Assembly: GCF_036321535.1 (NCBI RefSeq)
Contig: NC_087437.1
Location: forward strand, 100,380,001-100,444,000
Source: Camelus dromedarius
Lineage: Eukaryota
Direction: 5' to 3'
DNA: 64,000 bases
The notes beneath the pieces were generated by a model. It saw nothing but the letters and a program-made list of their open reading frames with translations, did not search any database and was not told the DNA's origin. This document shows, piece after piece, positions 49,738 through 63,034 of this stretch. The position numbers and the translations under genes are program-made. Position 1 is the stretch's first letter. The number at the start of each line of letters is the position of its first letter.

Positions 49738-50488
49738 CTGGCACTTTTAAATAGTAATAACCTGGTAGGCAAAGTGAGTGAGCTTAATTAAAGACGAGGT
49801 GTAGATTTCAGGTACAATCCAGTTGCTTTTCTGCAGTCATTAAATATCAGATCCAGAAGACTTTCTTAGTAACTTTTGTGGGATTTGTAAAGAGTAATGA
49901 GGTTTTTAAAGACACCTAATTTCTTATTTTTATAGAAAAAAATGAGATTTTTTTTGTCCCAAAGTGTATTTTTCTGGATTAATATTATATATATACTTTG
50001 TACCATTACCAATTATCAAGATGGTTTGGGGAAAGTTGAACGGAAATATTGTTTCCTTTTGTTATCAGCAATACAAATTACAGATTGGTGAAACTGGGGT
50101 TCATTTTAACAGATGGAGGAAAGGTTAAGTGGAGAAAATTATGACAAATTAGCAGAGATTCAAATAATCTTCTCCATAACATAACCCTTCCCTTTACATA
50201 TGTAACTAGATGATTCATCATATATTTTAAAAGGAATTTTATTGAAAAGACTGTCCATCATTTTTAGGCCTAATATTGCCTTTTTAATAAACCAGTAAAA
50301 TCAGAACATGGGATTGAAAGAAGAATATGTATGTTGTGCCCTAAAACAAAGGATTAAAAAGAAAGAAAAACAGGCAAATGACAAAATCCTCACAGCATAT
50401 GTGTTTTGGGTGATCCTGGAAGTATATGCGGTATTCCTCTATCAGAGGAAAATTTACAAATATTTTCACTGGAAATGTTCCTTTAGTC

Positions 50489-50710
50489 CAGGGATTGGCA
50501 AACTTTTTCTGTAAAGGACCAGAAAGTACGTCTGGCTTTGCAGGCCGTGTGGTCTCTGTCTACTTCTGGCGACTTAGTTTCGCCACTGTACTGTGGAGGC
50601 AGCCACAGACAAACAAATGAATGGGCCTGGCTGTGTTCCAATAAAATGTCATTTACAAAAACAGGGGTCAGGCTAGATTTGGCCCCTGGATCACAGTTTG
50701 CTAAACCCTG
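50489..50710. mobile_element. MER58A (hAT-Charlie), full length
   Basis: TIRs CAGGGATTGGCAAAC and GTTTGCTAAACCCTG; perfect 8-bp TSD CTTTAGTC. Confidence 0.93.
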
Positions 50711-51372
50711 CTTTAGTCTAGCTGTGGACTCCTTCACAGAAAAGGGTGAGTGAGAAGGAGAAATAAGCTTAGGAGACCTGGACACAGGGGCACACAAAGA
50801 ACCTCCAACTGGAAGGCATAAGGATATAAGAAGCTTCGCCTTGGGTCTCAAAAGAGGCACAACAGAGTCCTTAGCAAGAAGCAAAAATAAAAGACGTCTT
50901 AGGGAAAAGCGTACTTTAGAAAATTGGTTGAAACAGATACATAGCCCACATCTAAAGCAAATAGAGCCTCGATGGTGTAGTAAATCAAAAATATCTTAAG
51001 ATGGGGAGTTTGTTCTGAGCAACAGTAGCCCTGGCATTCTGAGCCACCCAGAAGTAAGGAGAATCTTGAACCCTACAGAAAACAATGGAGTTTTGCAGCA
51101 AGACAAACTGTGGGTCATACATTGGTCCCAAGGATGCACCCTCATTTTTTGAACATAAGGAAGCATGTCCTAAATCCAAGCTCAAGGACATTTTCTAAAG
51201 GACCACTGAAACTTTAAAATGTTTTGAAAATGCATTTCATGGTTCATAGAAACATCAGATACAATCTCTATGAGTGACAGATACATTACACTTTGATTTG
51301 GGAGATGAACTAAGATTTCCACGAAATCAATAAATTAACTGCTGGAAAAATAGCTTAGAAGAATACATACTG

Positions 51373-51566
51373 CAGTGGTTCCCAAGTCTGGCTGCAAAAG
51401 AATGTCAGGGAAATTTCTGAAAAACACAGGTTGTCAGGTCTCCTTCCAGACCTAATGAATTAGATTTTCTAGTCTGTGGTCCAGGCATTTTGACATCGGT
51501 GCCCAGGTGGGGTCTTCTGAGCAGCTGGGTTAGCCTCAGCCCAGGGTCTGGCATTTGGGAAACCCT
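51373..51566. mobile_element. MER5/MER112-like hAT-Charlie MITE
   Basis: cagtggttcccaagtctggctg...ccagacctaatgaattaga...ggcatttgggaaacc. Confidence 0.65.
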
Positions 51567-54273
51567 AGGGCAAAAGACAAACCCCAGGGATGGAGTTTGG
51601 CCATGCTGGATTCAGATTCAGGCTCTGCCTTTTATTAATCATTTGACGTTGAGCTAGCGGTGTAACATTTGCAAGCTCCAGTTACAATACCTGTAACAAT
51701 GGAGCCAACATTTACCCCTCCTGGAAGGACTGAAAATCTGATGTGGTCTGACAGGCTTGGAGTATAGATGCTTTTCGCTCTTTTACATCTTCTCTCCCCA
51801 TTTTTCATGGGGACAGTGCAGCTGGATTTGCTCCACTGACTGGTACGCAGATGTTTACTAAAAGTGAAAGTATTTTGAAGAAGATGCACAAGTTTAGTTT
51901 TGCTCCACAGGACCACTCGGTCTTGAATTTCCTGAGAACTCTGGGTTTAGGTCACGCCGTTGCTGCTCTTAAAAGTCAGCTGGGGAGAAGCCAAAGAAGG
52001 GAGTCAACAGACACCCCATCAAGTCCTAGCCTGTGCGTTGGATTTCTTTTGCAACTTGGCTTAAGGCAGTTCAAACTCATTGTTGGTAACTTGGCTTTCA
52101 GTTCCAAATTCCTGCTGTGGTTGAGCTTTGTCCTTACATGCAGAGGTAGGGGGTTTTGCTTCTTTTTCAGAAGTTCAGGTGCAGTAGATTAGGCTACATC
52201 TGCTGCTGCTTTATTCTTTTTTTCCCCCCTCTTTTCTCTGTTTTATCTTAATGAAGAAGGACATCACTCTCTCTGAATCTGGACTGTGGAAAATCACGGG
52301 GCAGCCTACCAATTGTTCACTGGCAGGGGCGTGATACTGAGGAAGGAGCTGGCAACTCCCTTCCTCTGGCCAGGAGCCTTTTCCTTACTTGTAAGCAATT
52401 ATTCATCGACTCTTTGGGAAGAGGGGTTGTTACTCCTTCCTGAACACACAAGGCCAAAATGAACGCATCAAGGAGGACATTAATTTCTATAGTGCATGTT
52501 AGTAAAGCTCCCTCCGTGGTAGGAAAGTATTTGTGGAACAAAAGAGAAAGTGGAGTTTGGCAACCGTTCGGTTATTTTGTTGAAAGAAGAAAGCCAGGAG
52601 AAAAAAAAAAATTCTGATTTCAGGAAGAGCTGCTCTGGCGTACAGGACCATGGCGGCTTCTCCAGTGCTTGTGTCTGACAAGTCAGGGGAGCAAATCTGC
52701 ATTTCGGGAGTTTGTGGACCCAGCATGTGAGTTAAGTTTCTTTGCAAGTGAAAGCTGAGGGCTTAATTGTATTCTAATTTAGAGTTGGGCGTTAGCCAAA
52801 TTAGGAATGAAGAATCCTACCTCAGCAAATTTACTGCCAAGTTTCACCATTAGTTCTAATTAGCAATTTCAAGCAGAGTGAAGGATGCAGCGATAATCTT
52901 TCAAGGAACCATGCTATGGCAACTGGACACCATTTGAAGATTAGAGTGTTATTTTTAGGACAAAAGCTCTGTCAATTGAATGACACTTCTGAGACCCAAG
53001 AGTAAATCTAAATTTTAAATTATCCCCTTAACTCTATGCACATCCCTCAGAATCTCAGAAGAAATAAACATTCCAAAAACAAAACATGACTTTGAATTAT
53101 TTTTACCAGAAAAAAATTCTCCAAGCCAAATACTAAAGCAATGCGCATATGTTCAAATTAGTCAGATGTAAAATTGTTAAGTAAAGCTGAAATACTCATG
53201 TGAAGAAAAAAAAAAAGGAAACAAAGATGAGTGGCCTGCCACTCAGTTTTTTAAATTTTCAGATTAGCAGTCTTGAATGCAAAGAATCTCCTGTCTCAGA
53301 TAAACTGTTAATGCCTTTTTATTTTTCTAAAATAATCTCTCAAAGGATTACTTTGGGGTCAGAATAATAGCATTACTATTGGTGGTTGAAAGTGATTGCT
53401 TTGTCCATTTCCAGGCACTTTTGATATTTGTGGTGGAGAAAATTAGTTCCAGCCAGGGGGAAGTCTTTCAATGCAGCAGTAGTTAACAGTGCTTTTTTAA
53501 AAAATAAGTGGGCTACAACGCACCATGACATCATTTAATAATGATGCCTGCCCATACAATGAAAACTTTAAATAAGATTAAAAAATAGGTAACAAGTGAT
53601 AGAGAAGCAAATTGCTAACCCAGCTAGAACATCACTTTATAAAACTAGAAACCTTGCCATCATCTCTGTTTTTGTTCTCTCTGCCTCTAATCAGCGACAA
53701 GTTCTCAGTCCCCTTCTCTTCATTTTCTCAGCCACTGTCTGCTCAGTTCTTCACTGTCTGTCCCCTTAAACTACTACTGCAGTCTTCTCAATGCTTCCCC
53801 CTATTTTTTTAGAATCCATCCTCCTCAAACATAGGCCCAGTTATGTCATCCTCCTGCTGAATCCTTTGTTTGCTGCAACTCTGATGACTCTGGTAAGGAC
53901 AAGTGTCTCTGGGATTCTCTTTGCTTTGGAGTAAGACCTTGATGAATAGTCCAGCCTTACAGAGGAGGAGGTGTTAAGGCTAGCCAGGTGGTCAGGCCCC
54001 AACCAAGTAACTCAGGGTTCTCCCAGAAGCCACGAGCCTAGGGGAAAACTGGGTTTCTGTTGAGGACATAAGACAGGAGCCCAGTGGCCATCGAGCGCCC
54101 AGCCTCCTGGATGAGGACTGAACAGCACTACGCCCAGCGCCCACTCTCTGATGGATATGGAGTAGCCAGTCTACTTCCTGCCCTGCTCGGGAACTCTCTG
54201 AGGCTGAACCGACCAGTTTTGGATCTAGGTAACAGCTGGTGGAGCAGGACTAAGAAGGGCTTCCTCTAGTTTC

Positions 54274-54450
54274 CAGTCGTGGTTCCCAACCTGAGCTCAT
54301 CATCTGAATTTCTCAGTAACAGTCCAGATATCCATTCCAAGTGCTCTGAATCAGATCATCCAGGTCTGACTCCCACGAATATCTATTTTAAATACATTTT
54401 GCAGGCAATTCTTATGTATCCAGTTCAGCTCAGGTGTGAGGAATTACTGA
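54274..54450. mobile_element. MER5-like hAT-Charlie MITE
   Basis: gtggttcccaacctg...ctgaatcaga...caggcaattcttatg...ggtgtgaggaattactg. Confidence 0.55.
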
Positions 54451-55189
54451 ATTAGAGGGGGAAAAATTAACACTCCCCACCACAACATTCAAGGCTCTCA
54501 GCCACCAAGCTCTTGTCATTTTGTAGTGTTCACCTTAGTGGGTTCTTTTTTTTTTCCCTTCTCTTGCTCTCTTCCCTAGTGCTTGATCCCACTCACTTCT
54601 GTATATTTGCTTATATTTGTCACATTGCTTTGAATGCTGTTCTCCATCTTCTCCAGCCAGAAATGTCCCATAGTTACATCAAGATCCAACTAACGATGTT
54701 GTGAAGTTTCCCTTGATTCTACCAGCAAATCATGCAAAGTTTATAGTTATAAGGTCAAGGTTCTGAATCACAAACCAGGACACGTGATCCAGCAACTAGA
54801 TCTGTCTCAGATACTCTAAGATGTTACAGTCGCTTGTATGTCTTCCCTGACAAAATTATGAGCTCTTGTAGGACAGTGTAATGCATACAACCCTTAATAT
54901 AGTAGAAGGCATGTAGAAGGTGCCTAATAAGTGTTGAATCATGGAGAGTTTGTGTGAACATGGTGCTACCATTGTGAGGGCCAAGGGACTTTTAGCACTA
55001 CTCAGAAACTAGGAACTTCAGACTTTTCTTAGAAGGTGAATGGAGAGAGTTTTTTGTCTTCTCTCTCTCTGTCCTATTTCAGTCAAGACCAGGCACAAAG
55101 CTTGCTGGGACATCAGCCGTATAGAGTCTGGAGGGTGAGAGAAGAATCCAAGACCTGCCAGGAGAAGGACTGAAGTCAGCTGTATAAGA

Positions 55190-56170
55190 TATATACAAAA
55201 TCCTCACTCTCATAAAATTTAAATTTTAATAGAGGAGATGAGCCCAAAACAAGTTAAACAAACACAATGTTTCCACAGTGATAAGGGCTTATTCTAGTAA
55301 TAGAGACAGACAACAAGGAAGTACTCAAATCAGACAATTCAAATAGTGATCAATGCCATGAAGAAAATAAAAGTGATGCCGCATGAGAGGGTCTGCTGGT
55401 TGAGGGTGGTGGAGCAGGGTTAGGGCTCTCAGACATGGCTTTTATGTTGAGAAGCAGATGGAAGAAAAGAGCAAGCCGTGTAAAGGGTGGACAGGAAACA
55501 TTTCCAGGAAGAGGAAACCTCAAATGACACAACCTGGAGATAGGAATGAGCTTGAGTACGTGGAGAAACCAAAGAGACACGGGCCACAGCCCAGTAGCAG
55601 AGGGGCCAAGCTGTAGGAGATGTGCTTGGAGAGGGAGGGAGGGCAGATTACATGCAGCCTTCAAATTTTCATTCTATGCCAAATGCCATGAAAAGCCATT
55701 GGAGACTTTTAAGCAGGGAGTGACATGACCTTATCGTCTGATCTACAATTCTGAGAAATATTTAAGGTATAATTAGCAGAAGTATGCGATTTCTAAAATA
55801 CCTTTATAGGAGAGAGTAAAATTAGGAATTTTAAAGATTCAAAGGTGAATTTCAGGTTTTTGGCTTAGTTAATTGGGTGGCTGTGGGTACTATGGAAGGA
55901 GAAATCTTTGTATGAAAGTGGATGTGTTATTTTAGACATGCCGAGCCTGAGGTTTTCCTGGGACATCCAAGTGGAAATGTTGTGTAAGGAACTGGGTGTC
56001 TGAGGCTTTGGGAGAAGACTCAGTCAGAACTGTAGGTTAGAGATTCATCATTATCACATAGATGGTTGTTAAAACCACAAGTGATTGAAATTACACAGAG
56101 TGTGTAGCCTGCGTGGGCTGGAAATGGGCTGTTGGGAACAAGAGTATTTTAAGAGTGGATGGAGATAGTA
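55190..56170 (-). mobile_element. L2 3' region
   Basis: gccattggagacttttaagcagggagtgacatga; gggacatccaagtggaaatgt. Confidence 0.7.
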
Positions 56171-56262
56171 TCAACAAAGGAAGCATGGAAAGAGATCAAA
56201 GGAGTTGTTTTTACTGTAAAGACTTAAATGCTCATTAGATGTTAACAGTATGGAGTCAATGC

Positions 56263-56392
56263 TTTTTTATTTTTATTTTTTTATTGAAGTATGGTCAGTT
56301 ACAATATATCAATTTCTGGTGTACAGCATAATTTCCCAGTCATGCATATACATGCATATATTTGTTTTCGTATTCTTTTTCATCAAAGATTA
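56263..56392 (-). mobile_element. Very short younger L1 3' terminus
   Basis: Poly-T then ttattgaagtatggtcagttacaat...atttctggtgtacagcat. Confidence 0.8.
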
Positions 56393-56896
56393 CTTGGGTC
56401 ATTATTGACCTTGGGGAGGCAAATTGAAGCAGAAAGTGAATTCTGACTGCTTTTGGAGAAACTTGGCAGAGAATGGAAGGAGGCAAATTATAGGGAGCAG
56501 TACAAGGTTAGTAAAATATTTTTTTTTAGGGTGGAAGAGATGGGACTATTTATACACTAAAGAGGAGGGAAAAATAGGAAGGAAGAGATTGCATATTTAC
56601 GAGAAAGTGAAAGTTGGAAGGATGAGAGCTTGGAAAAAAGAATGAAGGGATGTGGAGGAGTTACCTTCAAATGGGAAAGATACCTCATTCTCCTAGCATG
56701 AAATGAGGTAAGTAAAACTGTGCATGTCCACATGTTTGCATGCAAGGTGATGGGATTTAAAATTGAGGGATTTATAGTGGATGGTCCCAACTGTCTAATC
56801 TAGTTAGATAGTAAGAGGTTGTTGGTCCAAGAGCTCTTACTATCTATGTATAATGTCTTATTATATATTTAATGTTAAACATATAATTAATGTTTT

Positions 56897-57320
56897 GATT
56901 TTTTATTGAGATGAAATTCACATAACATAAAATTAATCATTTTAAAGTGAACAACTCAGTGGCATTTAGTACATTCACAGTATTGCATAAGCACCACCTA
57001 TATCCAGTTTTAAAATATTTTCAACATCCCCCATGAAAACCCTATATCCACTAAGGAGTTATTCTACATTCTCTCCTTCCTCCTATCCCCTAACAACCAC
57101 TCATTAGCTTTCTATCTCTATGAATTAACCTATTCCACACATTTTCTATAAATAGAATCATATTATGTATAACATTTTGTCTCCAGCTATTTTTACTTAG
57201 CATGGTGTCTTTGAGGCTGTAGCATGAATTCCATCCCTCTTTTATGGCTGAATCACTTATATGTATATATCACAATTTGCTTATCCATTCATCTGTTGAA
57301 GGACACCTGGGTTGTTTTAC
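56897..57320 (-). mobile_element. L1MB-type 3' end
   Basis: ttattgagatgaaattcacataacataaaattaatcattttaaagtgaacaactcagtggcatttagtacattcaca. Confidence 0.85.
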
Positions 57321-57324
57321 ATTT

Positions 57325-57977
57325 TTTAAAATTTTGGTAAAGAGCATGTAATATAAAATTTACCAACTTTACTATTTTTAAGTGTATAGGACTGTAGTGT
57401 TAACTAGATGCATATTTTTGTTTAGCAGATCTCTAGGACTTTGTCATGTTGCAAAACTGAAACATCTTCCTCTTTCCTTGGCCTCTGGTGCCCACATTCT
57501 ATTCTCTGTTTCTATGAGTTTGACTATGTTAGGTACCTCTCATAAGTGGAATCATGCAGTATTTGCCTTTTTTTGTGTGACTAGCTTATTTCTCTTAGCA
57601 GAGTGTCCTCAGAAGTCATCCATGTTGTAGTATATGGCAGTATTTCCTTTTTTAAGGCTGACTAATATTCCACTGTGTATGTGTACATATTTTTTCTTTA
57701 TTCATTGGTGGACATTTAGGTTGCTTGCACTTCTTGGCCAATGTGTTTAATGCTGCAATGAACATGGGTGTGCAAATATCTCTGAGATTGGGTACTCAAT
57801 TATTTTGGATATATAACAAGAGGTAGGATTGCTGGGTCATGTGTTAATTCTATTTCTAATTTTTTGAGGAGTCTTCTATACTGTTTTCCATAGTAGTTGC
57901 ATCATTTTAGACTTCCACCAACAGTGCACAGAGGTTCCAACTTCTCTACATCCTTGCCAACACTTGTTATTTTCTTT

Positions 57978-58039
<62 letters not shown>

Positions 58040-58078
58040 TTCCTTCCTTCCTTCCTTCCTTCCTTCCTTCCTTCCTTC

Positions 58079-58125
<47 letters not shown>

Positions 58126-59505
58126 TGATAGTGGTCAGTCTAGTGGGTAGGTATGAAGTGATAGCTCATTGTGGTTTACATTTCTATGATAATTTATATG
58201 ATAATCAGTGATGTTGAGTATCTTTTCATATGCTTCTTGGCAATTTGCTTAACTTCTTTGGGAAATGACTGTTCAAGTTCTTTGCTCATTTTTAAAAGGA
58301 GGTTATTTAGTTTTTTGTTGTTGAGTTGTATGAGGATTTTATATATTCTGGATGTCAGATATATGGTTTACAAATATTTCTTCCCAACTGTAGGTTGCCT
58401 TTTTTATTCTGTTGTTTCCTCTGCTGTGGAGAAGTTTTTAAGTTTGATGAACTCTTATTTGCCTATTTTTGGTTTTGCTACCTATACATTTGGTGTCATA
58501 TTCAAGAAATATTTGCCCAATACAGTATCATGAAGGTCTTTCTCTATGTTTTATTCTAGTAGTTTTATAATTTAAGGTCTTATGTTTAGGTCCTTAATCC
58601 ATTTTGAGTTTATTTTTGTATACTCAAAGGTAAGGATCCAACTTCACTCTTTTGCAGATAGATATCCAGTTTTCCCAACACTATTAGTTGAAGAAGACTA
58701 TCTTTTCCCTACTGTGTAGACTTGGTGCCCTTGTTGAAGATCATTTGACCTTATAGCTTAGGGTTTATTTCTGGACTCTCTATTCTATTTATTGGTGGAT
58801 ATGTCTGTCTTTATGCCAGTACCATATTGTTTTGCTTAGTATAGTTTTGTAATATATTTTGAAATCAGGACATATAGGGCCTCCAGCTATGTTCTTTCTC
58901 AGGATTATTTTGACTATTTGGAGTCCTTTGAGGTTCCAAATTAATTTTAGGTTTTTTTTCCCTATTTCTACAAAAAATAATAGTTTTGGGGGGTAAACTT
59001 TAGGTTTTTTCTATGTATAAGATTGTGTCATTTGTGAACAGAGATCATTTTACTTCTTCCTTTTCAAATTAGATGGCTTTTACTTCTTTAGTTTTCCTAA
59101 TTGACCTGGCTAGCATTTCCAGTACTATGTTAAATAAAAGTGGTGAGAGTGGGCATTCTTTCCTTGTTCCTTAGTTTAGAGGGGCAACTTCTCACTTTTC
59201 GCTGTTGAGTATGATGTTAGGTGTGGGCTTTTCATATATGACCTTTATTATTTTGAGGTAATTTCCCTTCATTCCTAGTTTGTGAAGTGTTTTTATAATG
59301 AAAGGGTGTTGAATTTTGTCAAGAGATTTTCTTCATCTATGAGATGATCATGTGACTTGTTTATTCTTTGTTCTGTTAATGTGGTGTATTCATTAATTTT
59401 CAAAGTTAAACCATCCTTGTGTCCCAGGGACAAGTCTCACTTGGTCATGGTGTATAATCTTTTAATGTGTTGTTGAATTGGCTTATTAGAATTTTGCTGA
59501 GGATT
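57325..59505 (-). mobile_element. L1 (L1MA/MB-like) 3' UTR plus ORF2 fragment
   Basis: Antisense ORF2 motifs taatccattttgagtttatttttgtata, gtctttatgccagtaccatattgtttt and ccagtactatgttaaataaaagtggtgagagtgggcat. Confidence 0.9.
57971..58126. repeat. (TTTC)n(TTCC)n(TTTC)n microsatellite
   Basis: Directly visible, inside the L1. Confidence 0.95.
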
Positions 59506-60024
59506 CTGTTTATATTTTTGAGACCCAAGACAGCAGGATAGCTAGCAGGAACAAGACAGGAACCAGATGGGGCAAAGATAGAGACTCTACTCCTCTGGTT
59601 AGGAATGGGTGACGGCAGGTTTAGAAGGACCTGGAATTTTAGGGAAACAGTCAGTCAGAAATGAGGAGAGTAAGGCAGAAGCTTATAGCTGGATCAAAAT
59701 ATTTGGTAAGAAAACAAATGATACCAAGTCCAGGTTTTGTTTAGTAGCAAAAGAATCTTAGCCAGCAGACAACTGTGGAGTACAGCTCCTCTTACTTGGT
59801 CACTGGGGCTTGTCCTAGGAGATTGAGTTAATTCTGAGACATATCAGAAGAAAGGCTGTGGTTAAGGAATCACCTTTCTCTGAGTATGGAATAGGGTCAG
59901 GCAAGAGCTGCGCTGGGAGATAATCATCAGAGACCTTGGCTGCAGAGTAGGAAAGCCAGGGTCTGGGGAAGTCAGATAGGCATTCCAAAGTAGCTCCTAA
60001 AGCCTCATTATTTTCCTCTTTAAT

Positions 60025-60157
60025 CACCTCACCCTCTTCTCCCTCCTTCCTTTTATCTCGCTTTCTTCTCTTTATCCTTCTCCCTTTTCCTCTGTTCTGC
60101 CTCTTCTTCCTTCTTTTTTCTTCCCTCTACCCTCCTCAGTTCTCTCCTTCTCCCTCT
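60025..60157. repeat. Low-complexity polypyrimidine tract
   Basis: ~130 bp almost purely C/T. Confidence 0.75.
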
Positions 60158-60828
60158 GCTGGTATTGTTCCTCTTGAATCATCATGGACAACGTGTACAG
60201 GAAATAGGCGGGGGTAGCTAAGACTATTTGTCTTTGCTACACTTTTGTTATCTTTGTACTCTCAGTTCCCTACAGGTTCACATTCATTCCCCAATATAGA
60301 TCAGTTGAGCTGAGGAGCTGCAACCTGGGAGAGTTTTCAAAGACAGCCCCATTCCTCCTGGCTAAAGAATCTCTGGTTACTTCATTTGCTTCCAAGGAAA
60401 GCAGATTATCTCAAAGGCAGGGACCCGTGGTATCACCATCTGCTGAGCAGGGGTGAGCCTTTACCCTCCTGCTTCAGATCGAAAGAGACAGGAAGACTGG
60501 TTGCACAACCCAGCCCTGTAAAGAGGACAAGAAGGAACATCAAAGTGTAGCCCAGTTGCCAGGGTTGGCTTCTGACTCCCAAAGCTCTCATCACTTCCAT
60601 AATTGGCTTGGTGACACCTAATACTTCTTACCAGAGTAGACATCAAAGTCTTAAATTATTCACTCCTCTCTTCTGTCCTCTCATATCTACCTGAAAGTCT
60701 TGCTTTAGTGAGTCTGCATGGACCAACTCATGGCTAGCATGTGTACGGAAGCAAGCACTACAGATAGGGAGAGCAGCTCTCAGCTGGGGAATGAGCAGAG
60801 CAGAAACACCACCTGTGCTGTATGCTAG

Positions 60829-61304
60829 TGATACCAGTCTGGGTTCTTGGACTCTGTAATCAACAGAAATTGATAAGAGGCCAGATGAGAAACTCAGGTG
60901 AGGCATTATTGAGACTTGTGCTTCAGCACAAGGGAGTAAAAACAAGAAACAGGATCCTTTGCCTTCTTGCTGAGTTGGGGCAACCTGGTCCCTTAAATGC
61001 GGTGAGGGTAGGGGTGGGTCCAGAGGTTGGGCCAGAGAGGTGACTTAGATGACATGTCCGCATCCTTATTGAGGCTGTGTGCAGGGATCATGTGCCGTAC
61101 CTTGCTTTTGCTCCTGACATCTTAGAAGTGGCAGTTGGGTTTTTGGTCTTTTTGTATCTTGTTCATAATTTGCCCCAACTGCATATACATGCAGTTATTT
61201 TTAGTCCCTTATAGTTTATTTGTATCCTGTTGCTTGAAGAGACATTTGTCCAGGTGCAAGCATTGCAGCAAAGGGGCCCAGGTCCCAGGTTCCAGCCTGT
61301 CTCA
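60829..61304 (-). mobile_element. Solo ERV1-type LTR
   Basis: TG...CA termini, 476 bp, perfect 4-bp TSD CTAG (60825-60828 and 61305-61308); minus-strand TATA-like ATTTAAG at ~60998-60992. Confidence 0.88.
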
Positions 61305-62901
61305 CTAGCCAAGTGAGCAACAATTCCTTCCTAGGTATTTATATCAGTCTGTTCCCCAATCCATGGGCCACTTGGGCAGTGACATCTAAATTGAACATTT
61401 ACTCATGCTTTTGCATTTTCTTTTATTTTAGTTTTTTATTGTTTTTGTTGTTTAATTTCTCTTTTAGAAATATTCATTTTCCTTTGCTTTGAGCAGGGAA
61501 AGGGGAAAGTAAGGTTTTGGTTTATACCTAGGCCTGTAGAGAGGATCCATGTAGCACAGTTTAGTTAAGCAGTTGGCAGTAAGAGGGGCCCAGGAGAGAG
61601 GTAAGAATTCAGTGGGAGAGAGAGACTGGTTAGAGAGTCCCTGACCACCTAGAGTTCTCTACTGCACAAGCCCTTCTCTGTGTGTTGCTCAGAGGTACTT
61701 TTGCTTCACTTGGCTTAGATGTGTGGAAATATTTACTTCTGATTGTGCAGTAGGTGGATAGGGATAGGAGCCAGGGGAGAAGGGAGGGGTGTCTTTGATT
61801 TGACTATCAGGTCTGTATGTTCCAGGAATTCCAGAGGGTGCTCTGGAGAGGGTTTCATGCAGTAATCATTTACCAAGTATAGTCACATTCAGTGAGTTTG
61901 GCTATGTTAGGTGGACACTCTTAGAATCCCTTAGCAGCACCATTTTATCTGTGAAAATATGGTTTCAAGTCCTGGACGACCAAACTAGATGTGAACCCTT
62001 AAATCACAAATCATTTGAATCTATGTGAAACATCTTTGTTATTCCTCGCTCTCTAGTGGCTCATATTAATTTATAATCCTGCTCGGGGCCAAACACTGTT
62101 TAGGACCAGGCTAGGCTAATCCCTCTCAGCCAGCTCTGGAGGAGGAATGGGCTACCTATCACGCACAGAAACCCAGGGACACCCAGGCAGGATGAACAAT
62201 GTGATTTTCATTCCTGAGCAGCCTGTGTTCTCAGTCAGTTGGTCTCCTCCGGACTCAAGGCCCAGTTACCCTGGAGGTGGTGCTAGATGTAGAACAACAC
62301 TGATGGTGTGCCTGCTGCAGTGATTTGATTTCTGATACCTGGGAAGTCAACTGGTTCATAATAAATGAGGATGACCTTTAGAATCTCACAGGGAATTGAT
62401 AGTGGTGTTTACATCCCAGGAAAGGCCCAGAAAGATTATCTCCCAGCCCTTCTTAAAAAGTGATGACTGAAATAGGGAAACTCTCCGAGAGACTTCTGGG
62501 CAGCTACTATAGCCAGGTATGTAGATAACACACCAATCTCAAACACAAGAAAAGTATCTTCTGCCCTTTAGCAGAAGTTGGAGCACTCTCGTAACACAAC
62601 TTTCCCAGTGTTCTCTACCATATCTTGCTTTCCTGTTAACATTCCCTTTTCTTTCATGTCTGTCTTTTCTCAACTCTCAGATGTCTGATGAGGTACTTAG
62701 GATCTCATAACTGTTCTTTTCAACAAAGGCTGAGTGCCCATATTTCCTAAGGGTGCAATAGTGAAGAGGGATATTATCAGAGGCGCTGATCTTAATAATA
62801 GCAGGGTCTAGCTAAGAGCCTTCATTAGGGTAATTGCTCAGTTTCAGATCCAAATTTTAACCCACATAATCATCTCTTCTTGGATATCAGAAAATATCTC
62901 C

Positions 62902-63030
62902 TGTATTAGTTTCTTAAAGCTGCCATAACAAAATACCACAAACTGGGAGGCTTAAGGTAACAGAAGTTTATTCTCTCACAGATCTGGAGGCTAGAAGTCT
63001 GAAATCAAGATGTCAGCAGGGTTGATTACT
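62902..63030 (-). mobile_element. MLT1 LTR fragment
   Basis: tgtattagtttcttaaagctgccataacaaaataccacaaactgggaggctt...ctggaggctagaagtctgaaatcaagatgtcagcaggg. Confidence 0.85.
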
Positions 63031-63034
63031 TATT

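Noticed and set aside
61753..61790. Possible G-quadruplex
   Set aside because: Common motif with no supporting context.
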